Shown here in pieces: positions 11,470-24,152 of a DNA stretch of 64,000 bases. Numbering within the stretch: position 1 is the first letter of the stretch; every line of letters begins with the position of its first letter. The notes under the pieces were generated by a model, which did not search any database, was not told where the DNA came from, and saw only the letters and a list, made by a program, of their open reading frames with translations. Where the stretch lies: contig MU058065.1 of assembly GCA_013265495.1 (NCBI GenBank), positions 3,885,003 through 3,949,002 on the forward strand, in the 5' to 3' direction. The position numbers and the translations under genes are program-made. Source of the stretch: Vicugna vicugna. Its lineage: Eukaryota.

Positions 11470-14200
11470 TACATAGAAAATATAAACAAAATTGTTTCCA
11501 TAGGGGGAAAAATGTGCAAAGTTTGAAAAGAACTCAGTCATGAAAAAGCACCAGACCCAGATAGTTTTACAGAAAAATTCTACCAAGTCTTTATAGAAAT
11601 AACCCCAGTGCTACTTAAAATGTTGTCGAATATACAGAAAGAAAGAAAACATCCGTATTCTTTTTGAAACAAGTACATAAAAATCAATATTGGAAAAGAT
11701 TGAGCAAAACTAAAACCATAAACTAATCTCACATTTGAGTATTAATGTAGAAATATTTTAAAAAATATAAACCAATATAGATACCAACAATCTTTTTTTT
11801 AAAACTTTTTTTTATTGAGTTATAGTCATTTTACAATGTTGTGTCAATTTCCAGTGTGGAGTGCAATTTTTCAGTTATACATGAACATATATTCATTATT
11901 GTATTCTTAGCAACAATCTTCAAAATAATACATCATTACAAAGTGGGGTTTATTGTAAGAATGTAAAGATGTTTCAATGTTAGAAAATCTATAAATAATC
12001 TATAAGTGCAATATTAAAAATCTAAACTCATCATATTAATATATCAGAGGAAAAATCAGAATCATTTCCATAAGGGCTTAAAAGACTTCACAAAATTCAG
12101 CATTCATTCCTGATAAAACCAATCAATAGAACAGAAATTATAGATAGCTCTGTACTATAATTACATATGCATATACATAATCTCTGAAATCTGCCTCTTA
12201 ATGTAGACATATTAGAGGCATTCTTAGTAAAGTAAGAGACGAGATAAGAATGCCCCAAATAGCAAATAAATGTAACATGCTTTAAAAAGTATGAGCTAAA
12301 GAAATTAGATGACAAGGAAATTAGATGCATAAGAGTTGGAAAGAAAGAAGCAAACTTTCAAAATTTGGTATCTGGGAAACTCAAGAGAATACTGAGAAAA
12401 CTATTACAAACAAAAGAGTGTAGTTTAAAAAGCAGACTTTGGAATTAACACATAGAAATCAATACAGTTTTGTATATATAGAAGTTAGATGATGTAATGG
12501 ATGAGAAGACCCAATTAAGAATGCAACAAAGAAAATGAGATCCCTAGTAATAAACTTAACAAGATTTACAGAAGTTAAATGAGAAAAACTTTAAAATAAC
12601 CCCGAGAGACCCCAAATTAGATTTCAAAAAGTGGACAAACCTATGATGCTCTTAGACAAAAAGACGGAATATCATAAAGATATTACTTCTTCCTAAGTCA
12701 TTTAATAAGTTTAACAAAACCCCACAAAAATACTGAGACATTTTAAATGATGGTACCCAAATTGATTTTAAATTTTACATGGAAAATAAACAAGCGAAGA
12801 TAGAGACAGAAGAACCTGAAAAAAATAAGGGTTTCAGTGGTGGGGATGGTGACTTGCCCTGTCGGATGGTCTGATGTTATAAATCCTCTGTGTGAGATGA
12901 CATTGGTGCATAAATAGACAAATGGAATGCAGTCCAGAGTTGACCCCGTGCAAATGGAAATTTGGTATGTGTGATAAAAATGGTATTTCAAATCTTTAGG
13001 GAAAAATTAAACTTTTAAATTAATGGTATTGAGATATTTGGAAAAAGATATGATTAGAGCTGTACCTCATTCCATATACCAGGATAAATTCCAAATTGAC
13101 CAGAGATCTACACATAAAAATCGAAAGCATCCAACTCCTGAAAGGAAGTATGCATGAATCCTTTACAAACGGGACTCAAGGATCCTTAGCAACAGTGATT
13201 CAAAATCCATAAGCAATTTTAAATAATTGGGTTCAGTTACATTAAAAATGAATGATTGAAATCACCATAAGGAAAATTTTAAAAAATTAAAACATTTGCA
13301 ATTTATACAAAGGGCTATTATCACTAAAATACAAATAGCCATTATAATTGAGGAGGAAAAGACTACTAACCCAACAGAAAAACAAGCAAAATATATGAAC
13401 AAGTAATTCACAGAAAAGATCATTAATCTCACTCATAACTGGAGAAGTACAAATTAAATTACACTGTCATTTCTCATGTGTCAGTTTGATAAAGATATAA
13501 AAATTTGGAAATGGAAAATTTTGGCAAGGTTCTGGGGAAACAGCCACTCTCATATATTTTGTGGGGCTGCAATGTTGTACAACCCCTATGGAGGGGCCTT
13601 TGCTAACATCTACAAAAATTATATATGCATTTATCTTTTTCTCAGAAGTCTTACTTCTAGGAATCTAGCTTAAAAATGTAGCAGAAGAATATGAAATGAC
13701 TTATGCTCAAGATGATTCACTGTGGCATTTTTTATAGTAGCAAAAGATTGAAATCAACCCCAATGTTCATCAACTGGAGACAGGTTGAATAAACTATGGT
13801 GCATTCATACAATGTAATATTATGTAACTATAAAAAAAAAAAGAATGAAGAAGGTCTTTATACACTCATGTGGCTTGAGAACCAGAATATAATTTAAGGG
13901 AAAGCACAAAGTACAGAAAAATATTTATGATATGCTTCTCTTTTGTGTAAGAAAAGGGATTAAATGTGTAAATGGAAGTGCAAGTAAGTATATTTGAAAA
14001 ACAAATACTGAAGAATTAACTAAAAAGGAATAAAATTACTACCTGTAGGGGAAGGAACAACAGGATGAAATGTAGCCTCTCTGAATTTAATCAGTTATGC
14101 TGTTTGCCTTTGGAATCATGTAAATGCTTTACATATTCAACTTTAAATAGAGTAAAAAAAAAAAAAAGAAGAAAGCAATTCATAAAGATTGAAAAACTTA
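11470..14200 (+). mobile_element. Ancient L1M (L1MC/L1ME-like) ORF2 and 3' UTR relic
   Basis: Near 11545 reads KAPDPDSFTEKFYQ (compare L1 ORF2p KSPGPDGFTAEFYQ). A-rich sense strand with later ORF2 and 3' UTR motifs; many stops and indels. Confidence 0.85.
11795..11910 (-). mobile_element. Very short younger L1 3' tip nested in the older L1
   Basis: Poly(T) plus antisense L1 terminus (ttattgagttatagtcattttacaatgttgtgtcaatttccagtgt). Perfect 10-bp TSD caacaatctt at 11785-11794 and 11911-11920. Confidence 0.9.
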
Positions 14201-14350
14201 TAAACATCTGTTACTGACAGGAATACAGAAAGAGTATTTTCTCACACATTGGTGGTGTGAATTAAAACATTTTTTGAAAGCAACCTGCCTGGCAATATCT
14301 ATTAAAATGGTGTGTGAGTGTGTGTGAGTGTGTGTGTGTGTGTGTGTGTG

Positions 14351-14995
14351 TTGATCTAACATTTCTATTCCCCGGAATCTGTATCAGAGGAGCAAAAACA
14401 TCCAAGGATATTTGGATGCTGACATTTATTGCCACAAAAATCTAGAAGTAAAGCTCTTGTTTTTATGGGAATGACTGACAAAATCATTGTGCCTTTACAC
14501 TATGGAATATTATGCAGTATTAAAAAGAATAAACTGGAACTCTACTAGGAGACGTGGAGGGATTCCTACAATACTTTGGGATGATAAGGATAAGATACAG
14601 AAAAGTATATAATCTTATTTTTGTAGAACAAGTGATAAGGGAAAAATCATAAAGGGATGTATGTGTGTATGTGTGTGTGTGTTGACCTAATAATTTTGCT
14701 CCTGGGAATCTATACCACAGAAGTAAAAACATCCAAGGACATCAGGACATCATTTATTGCAGCAAAAATCTGGAGGTAAAGTTCTTGTTTCTATTGGAAT
14801 GACTGTGTTTTTATACTATGGAATACTATGCAGTATTAACAAGAATGAATTAGAACTCTAATAGGAGGCTTAGAGGAATTTCTGCAGTACTTTGGAATGA
14901 TAAGGACAAAATACAGGAAAAAATACATCACCGTATTGTTTTTAGAACAAGCAATGAGGGAAAAATCGTAAAGACGTATGTGTGTATAAGTGTGA
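14351..14995 (+). repeat. Tandem duplication (period about 331 bp) of an ancient L1ME-like fragment
   Basis: Unit 1 starts ttgatc at 14351 and unit 2 starts ttgacc at 14682. The units are colinear throughout and each is preceded by a (GT)n tract. Confidence 0.9.
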
Positions 14996-16769
14996 TTACG
15001 TGATCATGAGGCAAATATGCAGGAATGCATAGGAACAGGAATTACCCGTGGGGTTGGGACAAATGTTAGGGAGTGGGAGGGCCAACTGAAAAAAAAAAAG
15101 TGGGGGAAACAAAACTGCTTTAAAATGGATTGAAAAAAAAACAAAGTTTGTTTGCATTGGCATAGTATGATTGCATTTTGCTTTTTTGTAAAATTACATA
15201 CATGTGACTGTGTGACCAGGCCAACATTTAAGAAAAAGCATGCAGTTATAATCTTAGGTCTAGTATGCCTAATTAATGTTGACTCAAAGCTTTGAAGAAA
15301 AAGTATGAGAGAAAAGGTAAAAGGGAAAAATGATCAAGACTGGAAGCCTCAGAAGAGAGAGAAATTTGGAAAAGTGTGAGAGGTAGGAGGCTTGAAGAAC
15401 AAATGCCCCAGGAACCAAATGTCAGCCTCACATCGTAGTGTAGTGCGAGGTCTAGGCTGCTAACGTGCCTGCTTCTTTAGCAGAGCCTTTCCTCTTGAGT
15501 CAAGCAGAAACGATGGCTTTCTTCTTAATACCGCCCGTGATCTGGTGTGTACCTGCAAGTACCTCACTGTGTTGTATTATTTCCGAGTGCTTTCTCTCCT
15601 CTGATCTCCTCATCATCTTCATCACTAACATTTTTGTAAGCCCTATGTTTATGTCAGTCTTGTACATAGAAGGCATTCTACACATATTTATCAAAATAAT
15701 TATTTACATTAAATGGATAAGGTTAGAACCGATGTTTTCTTTCTCTAAGGCTACTCTGCTGCCCTGAAAATAATCTATATGTTACATAATGCAGATTCCA
15801 TTTGAAGGGTCTGAAACACCTATTCGCAATATCCCAAAAGAGCAGGGGAGCTCTCCTGGGAAGTAAAGGATGGAGACACATGCAAAGGAGAAAAAAGTGC
15901 GTCTAGCTTCGCTTTCTGGTCTTTAGTCTCTGTGGCTGTGGAGCTCTGTATGCAAGTTAACACAGCAGTAGAATAACTGAGTCATCCGTTCTCCTATTTG
16001 AGCAGCTAAGTCTAGCAGAAGGGCTCGAGTACCCTCTTTGGTTACGGCATTTGTAAGCTCAGAAATAACAAGTTTAGGGAATCGAGACAAAGGCGGTCTC
16101 TTCCACCCCTAGAGTCCCAGGAAGGATCTGTACTGTGGACCACTTCCACTTTAAGAAAAGGAAGACCTGGGCTTCAGGAAGTTGAAAGCTCCGCTTCCGT
16201 CCCCACCTTTTCATTTTACTTTCTTGCCGCGTTCGTAGTCTAAGTCACGCTTTTGTGCTGCGCATGCCCTCTCTCTCTCAGACTGAGAGCACGTGCCTGG
16301 CGCTGTGTGAAAGCTGCTCCGTCATCACCGTTTCATTCTCCTCGTTCCTACTGACACCACAAGCTTCGGGGCTTAAATTGCCTACGTGTGGTCTTAATTC
16401 ATTCTAAAAATACTAAATCTATTCAAGTTTTGAGTCATAGGAACAGGGTGATAAAATGTGCGCCTTTCCATTTCAGAGATCTGTGTGCGTAAATATCTCT
16501 AAGCAATAAAATCTTACAGCTTTATACTTCTCAGGCGGTAAGTTCCTTGTGTGAAGTTGAAAGTCTAACAAAAATGTTATGTTTTCATAATACAGTATTA
16601 CGTACTTAACTATTTCAGTCACTTCACCCACATATTGTTACAGTGCGTGTATTTCTAGCCTGTGTATCTTTTTTCTTATGCATGTGGTTGGAAACAGGAA
16701 AAGATTTCTAACTCCCAAAATAAAATAATGATGAAGGCAGCCCTATTATGGAAACTATCTTGGAATAAA

Positions 16770-16812
16770 CCATATGTAGAAAAATAGAACCAACTGGATA
16801 TATATGTGTGTG

Positions 16813-16845
<33 letters not shown>

Positions 16846-17412
16846 GTCTATATATATATGTATAAATTTGATTATATCTATAGGGATTGTATAAGCATAA
16901 ATTTTATTCATATCGTATATAGATGTATATGTGTTTTTATTTATTTATTTATTTATTATACATATATAACTTATACATATAAAATCCATATATATGTGTA
17001 TGTATAATATATATGCAGAGAGACAGAGACAGGAGTGTAAGAAATTGGCTCATGGAGATTGGGAAGTCCTGAGACCCAGGAGAGCTGGTTCTAGTCCCAG
17101 TCCAAAGGCCTGAGAACTGTGAGAGCTGCCAGTATCAAGTTCTAGTTTAGGGCAGATGAGAACTGATGTCCCAGCTCAGGAAGTGAGGCAGGCGAATTTC
17201 CCTCGTACTCAGTCTTTTTGTTCTATTTAGGTTTTCAACAAATTAAATGAGGCCCGTCCACATTCAGGAGGGCAATCTGCTTCACTCAGTCCACCAGTTC
17301 AAATATCAGTCTCATCCAGAAACATCCTTACACACACACGCCCAGAATAACAACTGATCAAATGTCTGGGCGTCTCATGGCCCGGTCAAGTTGACACACA
17401 AAATTAACTTCC
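16770..17412 (-). mobile_element. MLT2-like ERVL LTR with expanded internal TA-rich tract
   Basis: agaaaaatagaaccaactggatatat...gaaattggctca...atgaggcccgtccacatt...ggtcaagttgacacacaaaattaac. TA-rich low complexity at about 16797-17015. Confidence 0.85.
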
Positions 17413-18444
17413 GTATTGTATGAACCACGACACACTCTTTGAAAAATATCCTTTGAAGGCATGGCTAGAGTATTAAAGGTATTTGACTTCCCTTAAATAA
17501 CACTCATAAGATATTAGAACTTGCAAATACGGGGTGGCAAGCCCTTCTTAGGGCCTGGGATTGCCATGAGCAATTAATTATGTATTATAGGTACAGTTTA
17601 TTTCATGTATTGTTTCGACTGGAGCTCAACACAAATCTTGATTTGGAACCATTTTGGTGTGATTCCAATCCCATTACTAGGTAGATCAATTGCTCTTATT
17701 TAGAAATGTTTTATGTAATAATTTTCCAAAATAGTTTTTAATAAATTATCTGTCTGACAGTCTTTTTTTTCACCAAGATAATTAATTTTATATTTTCTCC
17801 CCATCATTAAATGTTTTAAATATGCAAGTCTGCTGGCATTTAGTTCTATCACAGCAGTGCCAAAAAAGCCTGCACAAGCTGGTTTTCAGAGATTTTGTTC
17901 ACAAGCTTCCTTAATAGGGTATAATTTGCATAAAATAGGCTTAAATTGATTACATATTTCTGATAAGATTTTCTATTTCACAAGACTAGAGTGGGGAAAG
18001 GCGTGTGTGTGTCACCACTGGCTGGTTTCCCTCCCTCTGGTAAAATGGCTGTCTGCCACTCTGTGCCCAGAACAATGTCCTGAAGTCATGATGTCATTTG
18101 TCAGTGTTCTTTTTAACACCGTGGTTGTGCGTTCCACGATTGTTAAACTTATACATTCCTGACTAGCAAACTGTAACCAAAGAGAGATAAGAAAAAAGAA
18201 AAAGGAAAAACAAAAAAAGAAGAGGAAAAGCTTTTATAAATAACCCACCAAACCCTGAGCTTCACTGTAGTGGCCCCAAGGGTGCACAAGACAGGAGTTT
18301 GGGAAAAGTTTGTTTGGATTTAGGGGTCAAATCACAGTAGAAGTTATTCATTCAGCACACAAGAGTCAGTTCAAAGTTAAAAAGCCCATAAAATCTTAAA
18401 TGTATTTTCCCTGCCTGCTCAGAAAATCATAAACATTCCCTTCC

Positions 18445-18610
18445 TTCAACAATATTTATTCAACAAATATTTAGTGAGTGTCTACTAGTGGCAGTGCTAG
18501 ACACTTGACTAGAGAAAAAAATAAAACCTGCTTCTGCCCTTTAGAGCCTACAGTGTAAGGGAGACCCACATTAACTAAATAATTACTCAGTGAATATAAG
18601 ATGACAAACA
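18445..18610 (-). mobile_element. L2 3' end
   Basis: ttattcaacaaatatttagtgagtgtctacta...ctgccctttagagcctacagt. Confidence 0.65.
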
Positions 18611-18863
18611 CAGACAGACTGGAAAAAGAAAGAGCTACAGACTGACCCAAGCCAATTTCTGAGTTCGCAATGATACAGTTATTTACGGTAGGTCCAGCAT
18701 TCTCCCCACCTACCCCCTCACAACCAGGTATCCGTGGCAGTCAGCCACAGAGGGAATCCAGTCACGCAGAAGGTTGTCAGTAAGCTGACATCCAAAAAGA
18801 AACACAAATGAACTCATTCAACCTGGTCTGCAACGTTGATGAAGTCTCCATCTTCGTCGTGTG

Positions 18864-19028
18864 CAGTGCCTCTCAAACATTAGTGTGCTTCAAAATCACT
18901 GGAGTTCTTGTTTAAATGCAGTAGGCCCGGGGCTGGGGCCTGAATGTCTGCATTTCCAGCGGGCTCTCAGTATGGCTTGTGCCACTGTCCCCAAACCGTA
19001 TTTTGAGCAGCAAATCTTTGAGACACTG
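18864..19028. mobile_element. MER5-like hAT MITE
   Basis: cagtg...cactg termini; internal aaatcactggag, ggggctggggcctgaatgtctgcattt. Confidence 0.75.
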
Positions 19029-19101
19029 CATTAAAAGTTCACTTGAAATTGATGTGACAGCATTCCCGCAGCTGCATTCAGGGGTCAACAGCCTCTGTAA
19101 G

Positions 19102-19643
19102 TGTTACCCAGAAGAGAAACGGAAATGACCCTGGTTCTTGTCATACCCGAGAGGTAGGATTACGGAAGGGAGATGGAGTGCACTGTGCAGGGAAAGATTT
19201 TAAAGGAGTTATTTAGGAAAAGAAAAGTGCACCTCCAAGAACAGGAGACGGGCTGAGCCAAGGGAGGGAAAATCAGCGCCCTTTGGCCCTTTCTCTATAC
19301 TCCCGCTTAGATGTGGTCTTTTGGTTGACTGGCGGCTCTTGCTCCTGGAATGCCTAGTCACGTTTAGTCCCTTTGCACATGTCCTTACTCATGGAGCACA
19401 CAGGAAAACCCATGCGGGCGGGGGCCTAAACCACAGTGTTGATTATAATACAGTGAGCATTGGGTCATGTCTGGTTAAGTCCTTTCTGTTACTATGTAGT
19501 CGTGGCTTTTAGATTCTAACCGGTTTCTTGCCGGCACTCATTTAGAAGAAGCAAATCCCCTTTATGCTGGAGGCCATCTTCCAGACCACCCTCCCTCTCC
19601 TCCACCTATCTGCCCGGCATCCCACTTATCTAACTACTTAACA
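19102..19643 (-). mobile_element. Probable ERV1-class solo LTR, family unassigned
   Basis: tgtta...taaca inverted termini, 542 bp, 4-bp near-TSD taag/ttag. Minus-strand start tgttaagtagttagataag resembles ERV1 LTR starts; relatively CpG-rich. Confidence 0.6.
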
Positions 19644-22119
19644 TTAGCAACTGGATCGAGAACCAAGTGAATCCCTAAACTTTACACCCGTTTGAAGAGT
19701 TTATGCTACTGGACTTGCTCAGTTCTTTACCCTGTTTCTGCAGAGGCAGGCAAAGGTGGACAAGATTTCTAACCAATCTGTGGTTTTAAAATACCACTCA
19801 TTAAACCAATGAAATGTTATTTTAAAACATGCAATTTGCTGATTATCAAACTCTCTGGTAAATTAGAGATAGTTGAAGCCTTTATGTAGCTGCCTCTGGA
19901 GTGTAGATTCTTTTAATTAGTGCTTTTAAGGGCTAACTACCACATCCTGCGTGTGCACTTCACATTAAGAGCCTTCAACTATGAATTTAACATAGTCAAG
20001 ATGGAAATCAAGACACACAAACACACTGTGTATGCTGAAGCATTTCCAAGTAATTTATGGGAAACATGGATGGTCTATACCCTGGGTTCTACACATGCCC
20101 AAATTAAAGAAACATGGCCCAGGCTGGGGATGGCTTCCCTGGGCAAGAGCTGAAAGCTCCAGGATGAGGAGGGACCGTCTTGGAAGTGAGAGCATTCCAG
20201 GCAAAGGGAACAGCATGTGCTAACAATGACACATAGCAAGAGAGAGACAGTGCCTTACAGTGCACTGCCATCAGATGGTCATATAGGTCACAGCTATGCT
20301 CCCAGAGTGGACAAAAGAACACAGCCCTGTTCCTTCCCTTGGGACATAGCATCTCAGTCCTAGAGTGTACTTGACAGCTACAGAATCACAGTTCCCTTTG
20401 TGATTAGGCTGAAAACGGGCCCTCCTTGTCACTCAGTTTTGTCTTCTGCCTAACTGATTGTGCACTGGACAGGCAATCCGTGCTCCTCTGGCCTCTCAGG
20501 AAATGCCCGTGGCTTGTGGGAGAGAAATTCCGTGAGTCAGCTAAGAAGACCAAGCGTGGTTCAAGGAAAACTGTCTATTAGCAACTCAAACTTTGCATTT
20601 GTTTCAAGGGATGCTTTCATATGGCATTCAAGACTCTCATGATTCAAAGCTAAACCTGGTGACAGATGAGTTATTTTTGATGAATCCACAAAAACTGTAC
20701 ATGGCAATGGCATAAACACAGGTTATCATGAATGAGTTTTTGATTTGGGGAAATTTGTAGGATGTAAAATTTGCCCTTAAAGTGAGATTTTATTAGTATT
20801 CTTAAATTATGCTTTTTCTAACTAACCTGATTCAACTTAATATAAAATGTGATTACACACAATACACAAATATTTGTCCTTGATACCTGACGTCCCTCAG
20901 AACTCATCGGCAAAATGGTACGTCCTTTGAATTCTTTTCCTTGGACTTAGATTTTACTAAATTGCTGACAGTTATCCCCTGACAACGTTTTCCTCCTCCA
21001 TCACATCCTAATAAATAGAGGTCATGATGCATGAAGAAGAGGAAGGGACAGGGGAAGTCTCACAGGTCAGCTTCTGCAGCAAAGCCAAAAGTTTTGTTTG
21101 CTTATAAAACTAAGGAGCCTGTTTGGAGATGCAAATCACCGTCTTCAGAACTATATTCTAACCTCAAGAAGCAACACAACCCAACAAGTAGATCTGATTT
21201 TACCTTAAAAAATACATATATACACACATGTATATTTACACATACACATATACAAAATTCATCTTTAACTTAATGAAGATGAATGTCCAAAGTTTATCAA
21301 AGCTAAAAGTGGGAAGAGCTCTCATATATACATACATACCTTATCTCCACGATCCTAGATTGTACCATGAGTCATAAAATACTTCACGTTAACTTTAGTT
21401 CTTTAAAAGATGTACTTACCTTTGACTGTGTGAGGATTTATTGGTTTAGGTAAAAATCTCTTCAGTAATAAAAAGAAAGTTGTACCGGCTGAACTGCTAA
21501 TTCCACTGCTTGGCTTTGGGTTGCGTTTCACCAAAGTTGTGTTTAGTGGGGGTAAAACGTGTGCTTTATTATCTGTCCCACCACCTCCTGATTCAACTCT
21601 GTTATCTTCGTGGCCTCCACCGGGCTTCTTTAAGACTGGTGCAGGCTAGAAATAGAAATGGCTTCAAAAATGTTTAGATAAACTCACGGATGAGCTGTGT
21701 AATTCATTATTAAGGGAGGCTGGCATGGTTTGTGTTACCTCCCTTGCCTTTTTATGGTTGAGATCAAGAGGCAATAAACACACTCTCCTGCCAAACTGCT
21801 GTCAGAGACAAAAAGGGTAACAGGAGGCACTGACCTCATGAGTGAGCACTTTATGACCTTTTAAATCACCTGCAATTTTTAAGAAATGGAAAAACACATA
21901 ATATCTTGGGTAGATTTGCTTAAGCTCAGACTAAGTTTGCTAGAAGGAAGGGGCCATAGTAACTGAGCAAGGCAGGACATGGTCTTGAAAGGTAGTGTTG
22001 CCAACACTGTCAAGCAAATAAGGTTTTAGTCGAAATGTAACAGCGAAGCACTGAAATAATTTGCTAGTTATGCAACTATTTTTATAGTCATAAGCTTAAA
22101 AAGTAATTGTGAAACTGTC

Positions 22120-22195
22120 TGATGGTGCAAGGGAGTTCATTATCCCATTCTACTTTTGTATATGTTTGACATTTTTCCATAATAAAAATGTTAAA
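22120..22195 (+). mobile_element. L1MC/L1MD-like 3' tip
   Basis: gatggtgcaagggagttcattat...tacttttgtatatgtttgacatttttccataataaaaa. Confidence 0.65.
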
Positions 22196-23084
22196 GTAAT
22201 TGTTAGCAATGTCATTAGTGAATAAAAGAACTATAAAAGTGCATGTTTGGCCTTACCAATTTGTAGCAAAATCTGATATTACTTAGTCAGGTTTAGCATT
22301 TGATCACTCAATGGGCCATGAGCCCACGGAGATTTGAATTTCAGGTGTCACAGTTTCCAGGGCTAACAGCACGACTGGGTGGCCTAGAGCAGTTTGCCAG
22401 GCAGTCTGGAGTGGGTTACTGCCAAGATCAGGGAAAATCTGAGAGACAAGAGAAGTCATCTGGCCCCCCAGCGTGGGCATAGTCAAGGCTCTGCTAGGAC
22501 TCAGGTTGCAGATCAAGAACCTGGTTGGTATCAAAGGAGAAATAGGAAAGAAAGAGCTGAGAACCACCAGAGAGGTGAGGGGTTAGGTCAAAATAAGCAG
22601 AGACTGCAGGGCTGGCCCCAGGCTGTCCCTCCTGTGCTGGAGCTTAGTACAGTGTACTGAAGTTCCCCATCATCTGAGAAGCACTATGACCTGCATGGAA
22701 TCAAGACCAGCCTGCTCAACCCTACAGAGTCCTGAAGGCATTTGTTCCCTTTGGTATCACAGACTTGGGTAGACATGAATAATTCTCCCAGTCTGGACAT
22801 CACCTAAGGATTTCACAGAGATGATGGAAATAGTGAGGAAGATACATTCTTTGAATGAATAAGTAAATGAATCCTAGTTCTTCTAAATACTCAGCACAGA
22901 TCCAAGACATTAGACGCAAAAGGAAAGTTCCGCCATGGTTACTGTGTTCCCCTGATTCCCAGCTTTAGCCGGTTCCTCTGGTGTAGGAAATAGAGTTTCA
23001 CTTCAGATTTGGGCAGGTCATACTGACAAGTGTTGAAAATGCCTGCATCTGATCAGTTTGTGGAGGCTGTTTAGAAATTGGCTC

Positions 23085-23242
23085 TATTTTAAATTGAAGT
23101 GTAGTCGATTTACAATGTAGTGTTAGTTTCTGACTTTTTGGCAGTTCCAGCATTGTGAAAACAGAGGATGCCTCTGTGGTTTGCATATTAGGACTTCTTA
23201 TTGCAGATCCTCTACTCTTTCCATAGTGATTCAGTTGCACAT

Positions 23243-23273
<31 letters not shown>

Positions 23274-23977
23274 CATATTCCTTTTTATATTATAGGTTAT
23301 TACAAGATATTGAATATAGTTCCCTGTGCTATATAATAGGACCTTGTTGTTTATCTATTTTATATACAGTAGTGTGTATCAGCAAATCTTGAACTCTCAG
23401 TTTATCACCCTTCTCATTCCCCAATAGTAACCATAAGTTTGTTTTCTATGTCTGTGAGTCTGTTTTTGTTTTATAAATAAGTTCATTTGTGTAATTTTTT
23501 TAGATTCCACATATAGGTAATATCATATGATATTTGTCTTTCTTTTTCTGGCTTACTTCACTTAGAATGATAAATCTCTAGGTCCATCCATGTTGCTGTA
23601 AATGGCATTATTTTATTCTTTTTTATGGCTGAGTAGTATTTATACACACATACACACACACACATCGCAACATCTTTATTCAATCAACTGTGCATGCACA
23701 TTTAGGTGGCTTCCATGTCTTGGCTGTTGTAAATAGTGCTGCTATGAACATAAGGGTGCCTGTGTCTTTTCAGACTGGAGTTTCCTCTGGATATACGCCT
23801 AGAAGTGGGATTGCTGGACCATAGTGTGAGTCTATTTTCAGTTTTTTAAAGGAATCTCCATACTGTTTTCCACAGTGGTTGGACCAAACTACATTCCCAC
23901 CAACAGTATAGGAGGGTTCCCTTTTTTCCACACCATCTCTAGCCTTTATTATTTGTGGTCCTTTTAATGATGGCCAT
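23085..23977 (-). mobile_element. 5'-truncated cetartiodactyl-type L1 carrying a 94-bp templated insert
   Basis: Antisense L1 3' UTR and ORF2 end, homologous to the copies at 32486 and 60198; interrupted at 23131-23224. Confidence 0.95.
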
Positions 23978-24152
23978 AGAGTTTAGCTTTTTATCTCATG
24001 TATGTCCTTCATTCAAGTTCCCATTCAGTCTATAATACTGAGTATTTTTGTTTTGTTTTGTTTTGTTTTAGGCAGAGTAATAGGTCCTGAGGATAAAATT
24101 TGAAATGAAATATAATTCTTATTCCCAAGTGCTTATAGATTTGTTCTAACGA

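Noticed and set aside
22310..22760. Purine-rich block with overlapping ORFs, possibly an old LTR
   Set aside because: No termini or family motif I can support, and the peptides are unrecognisable.
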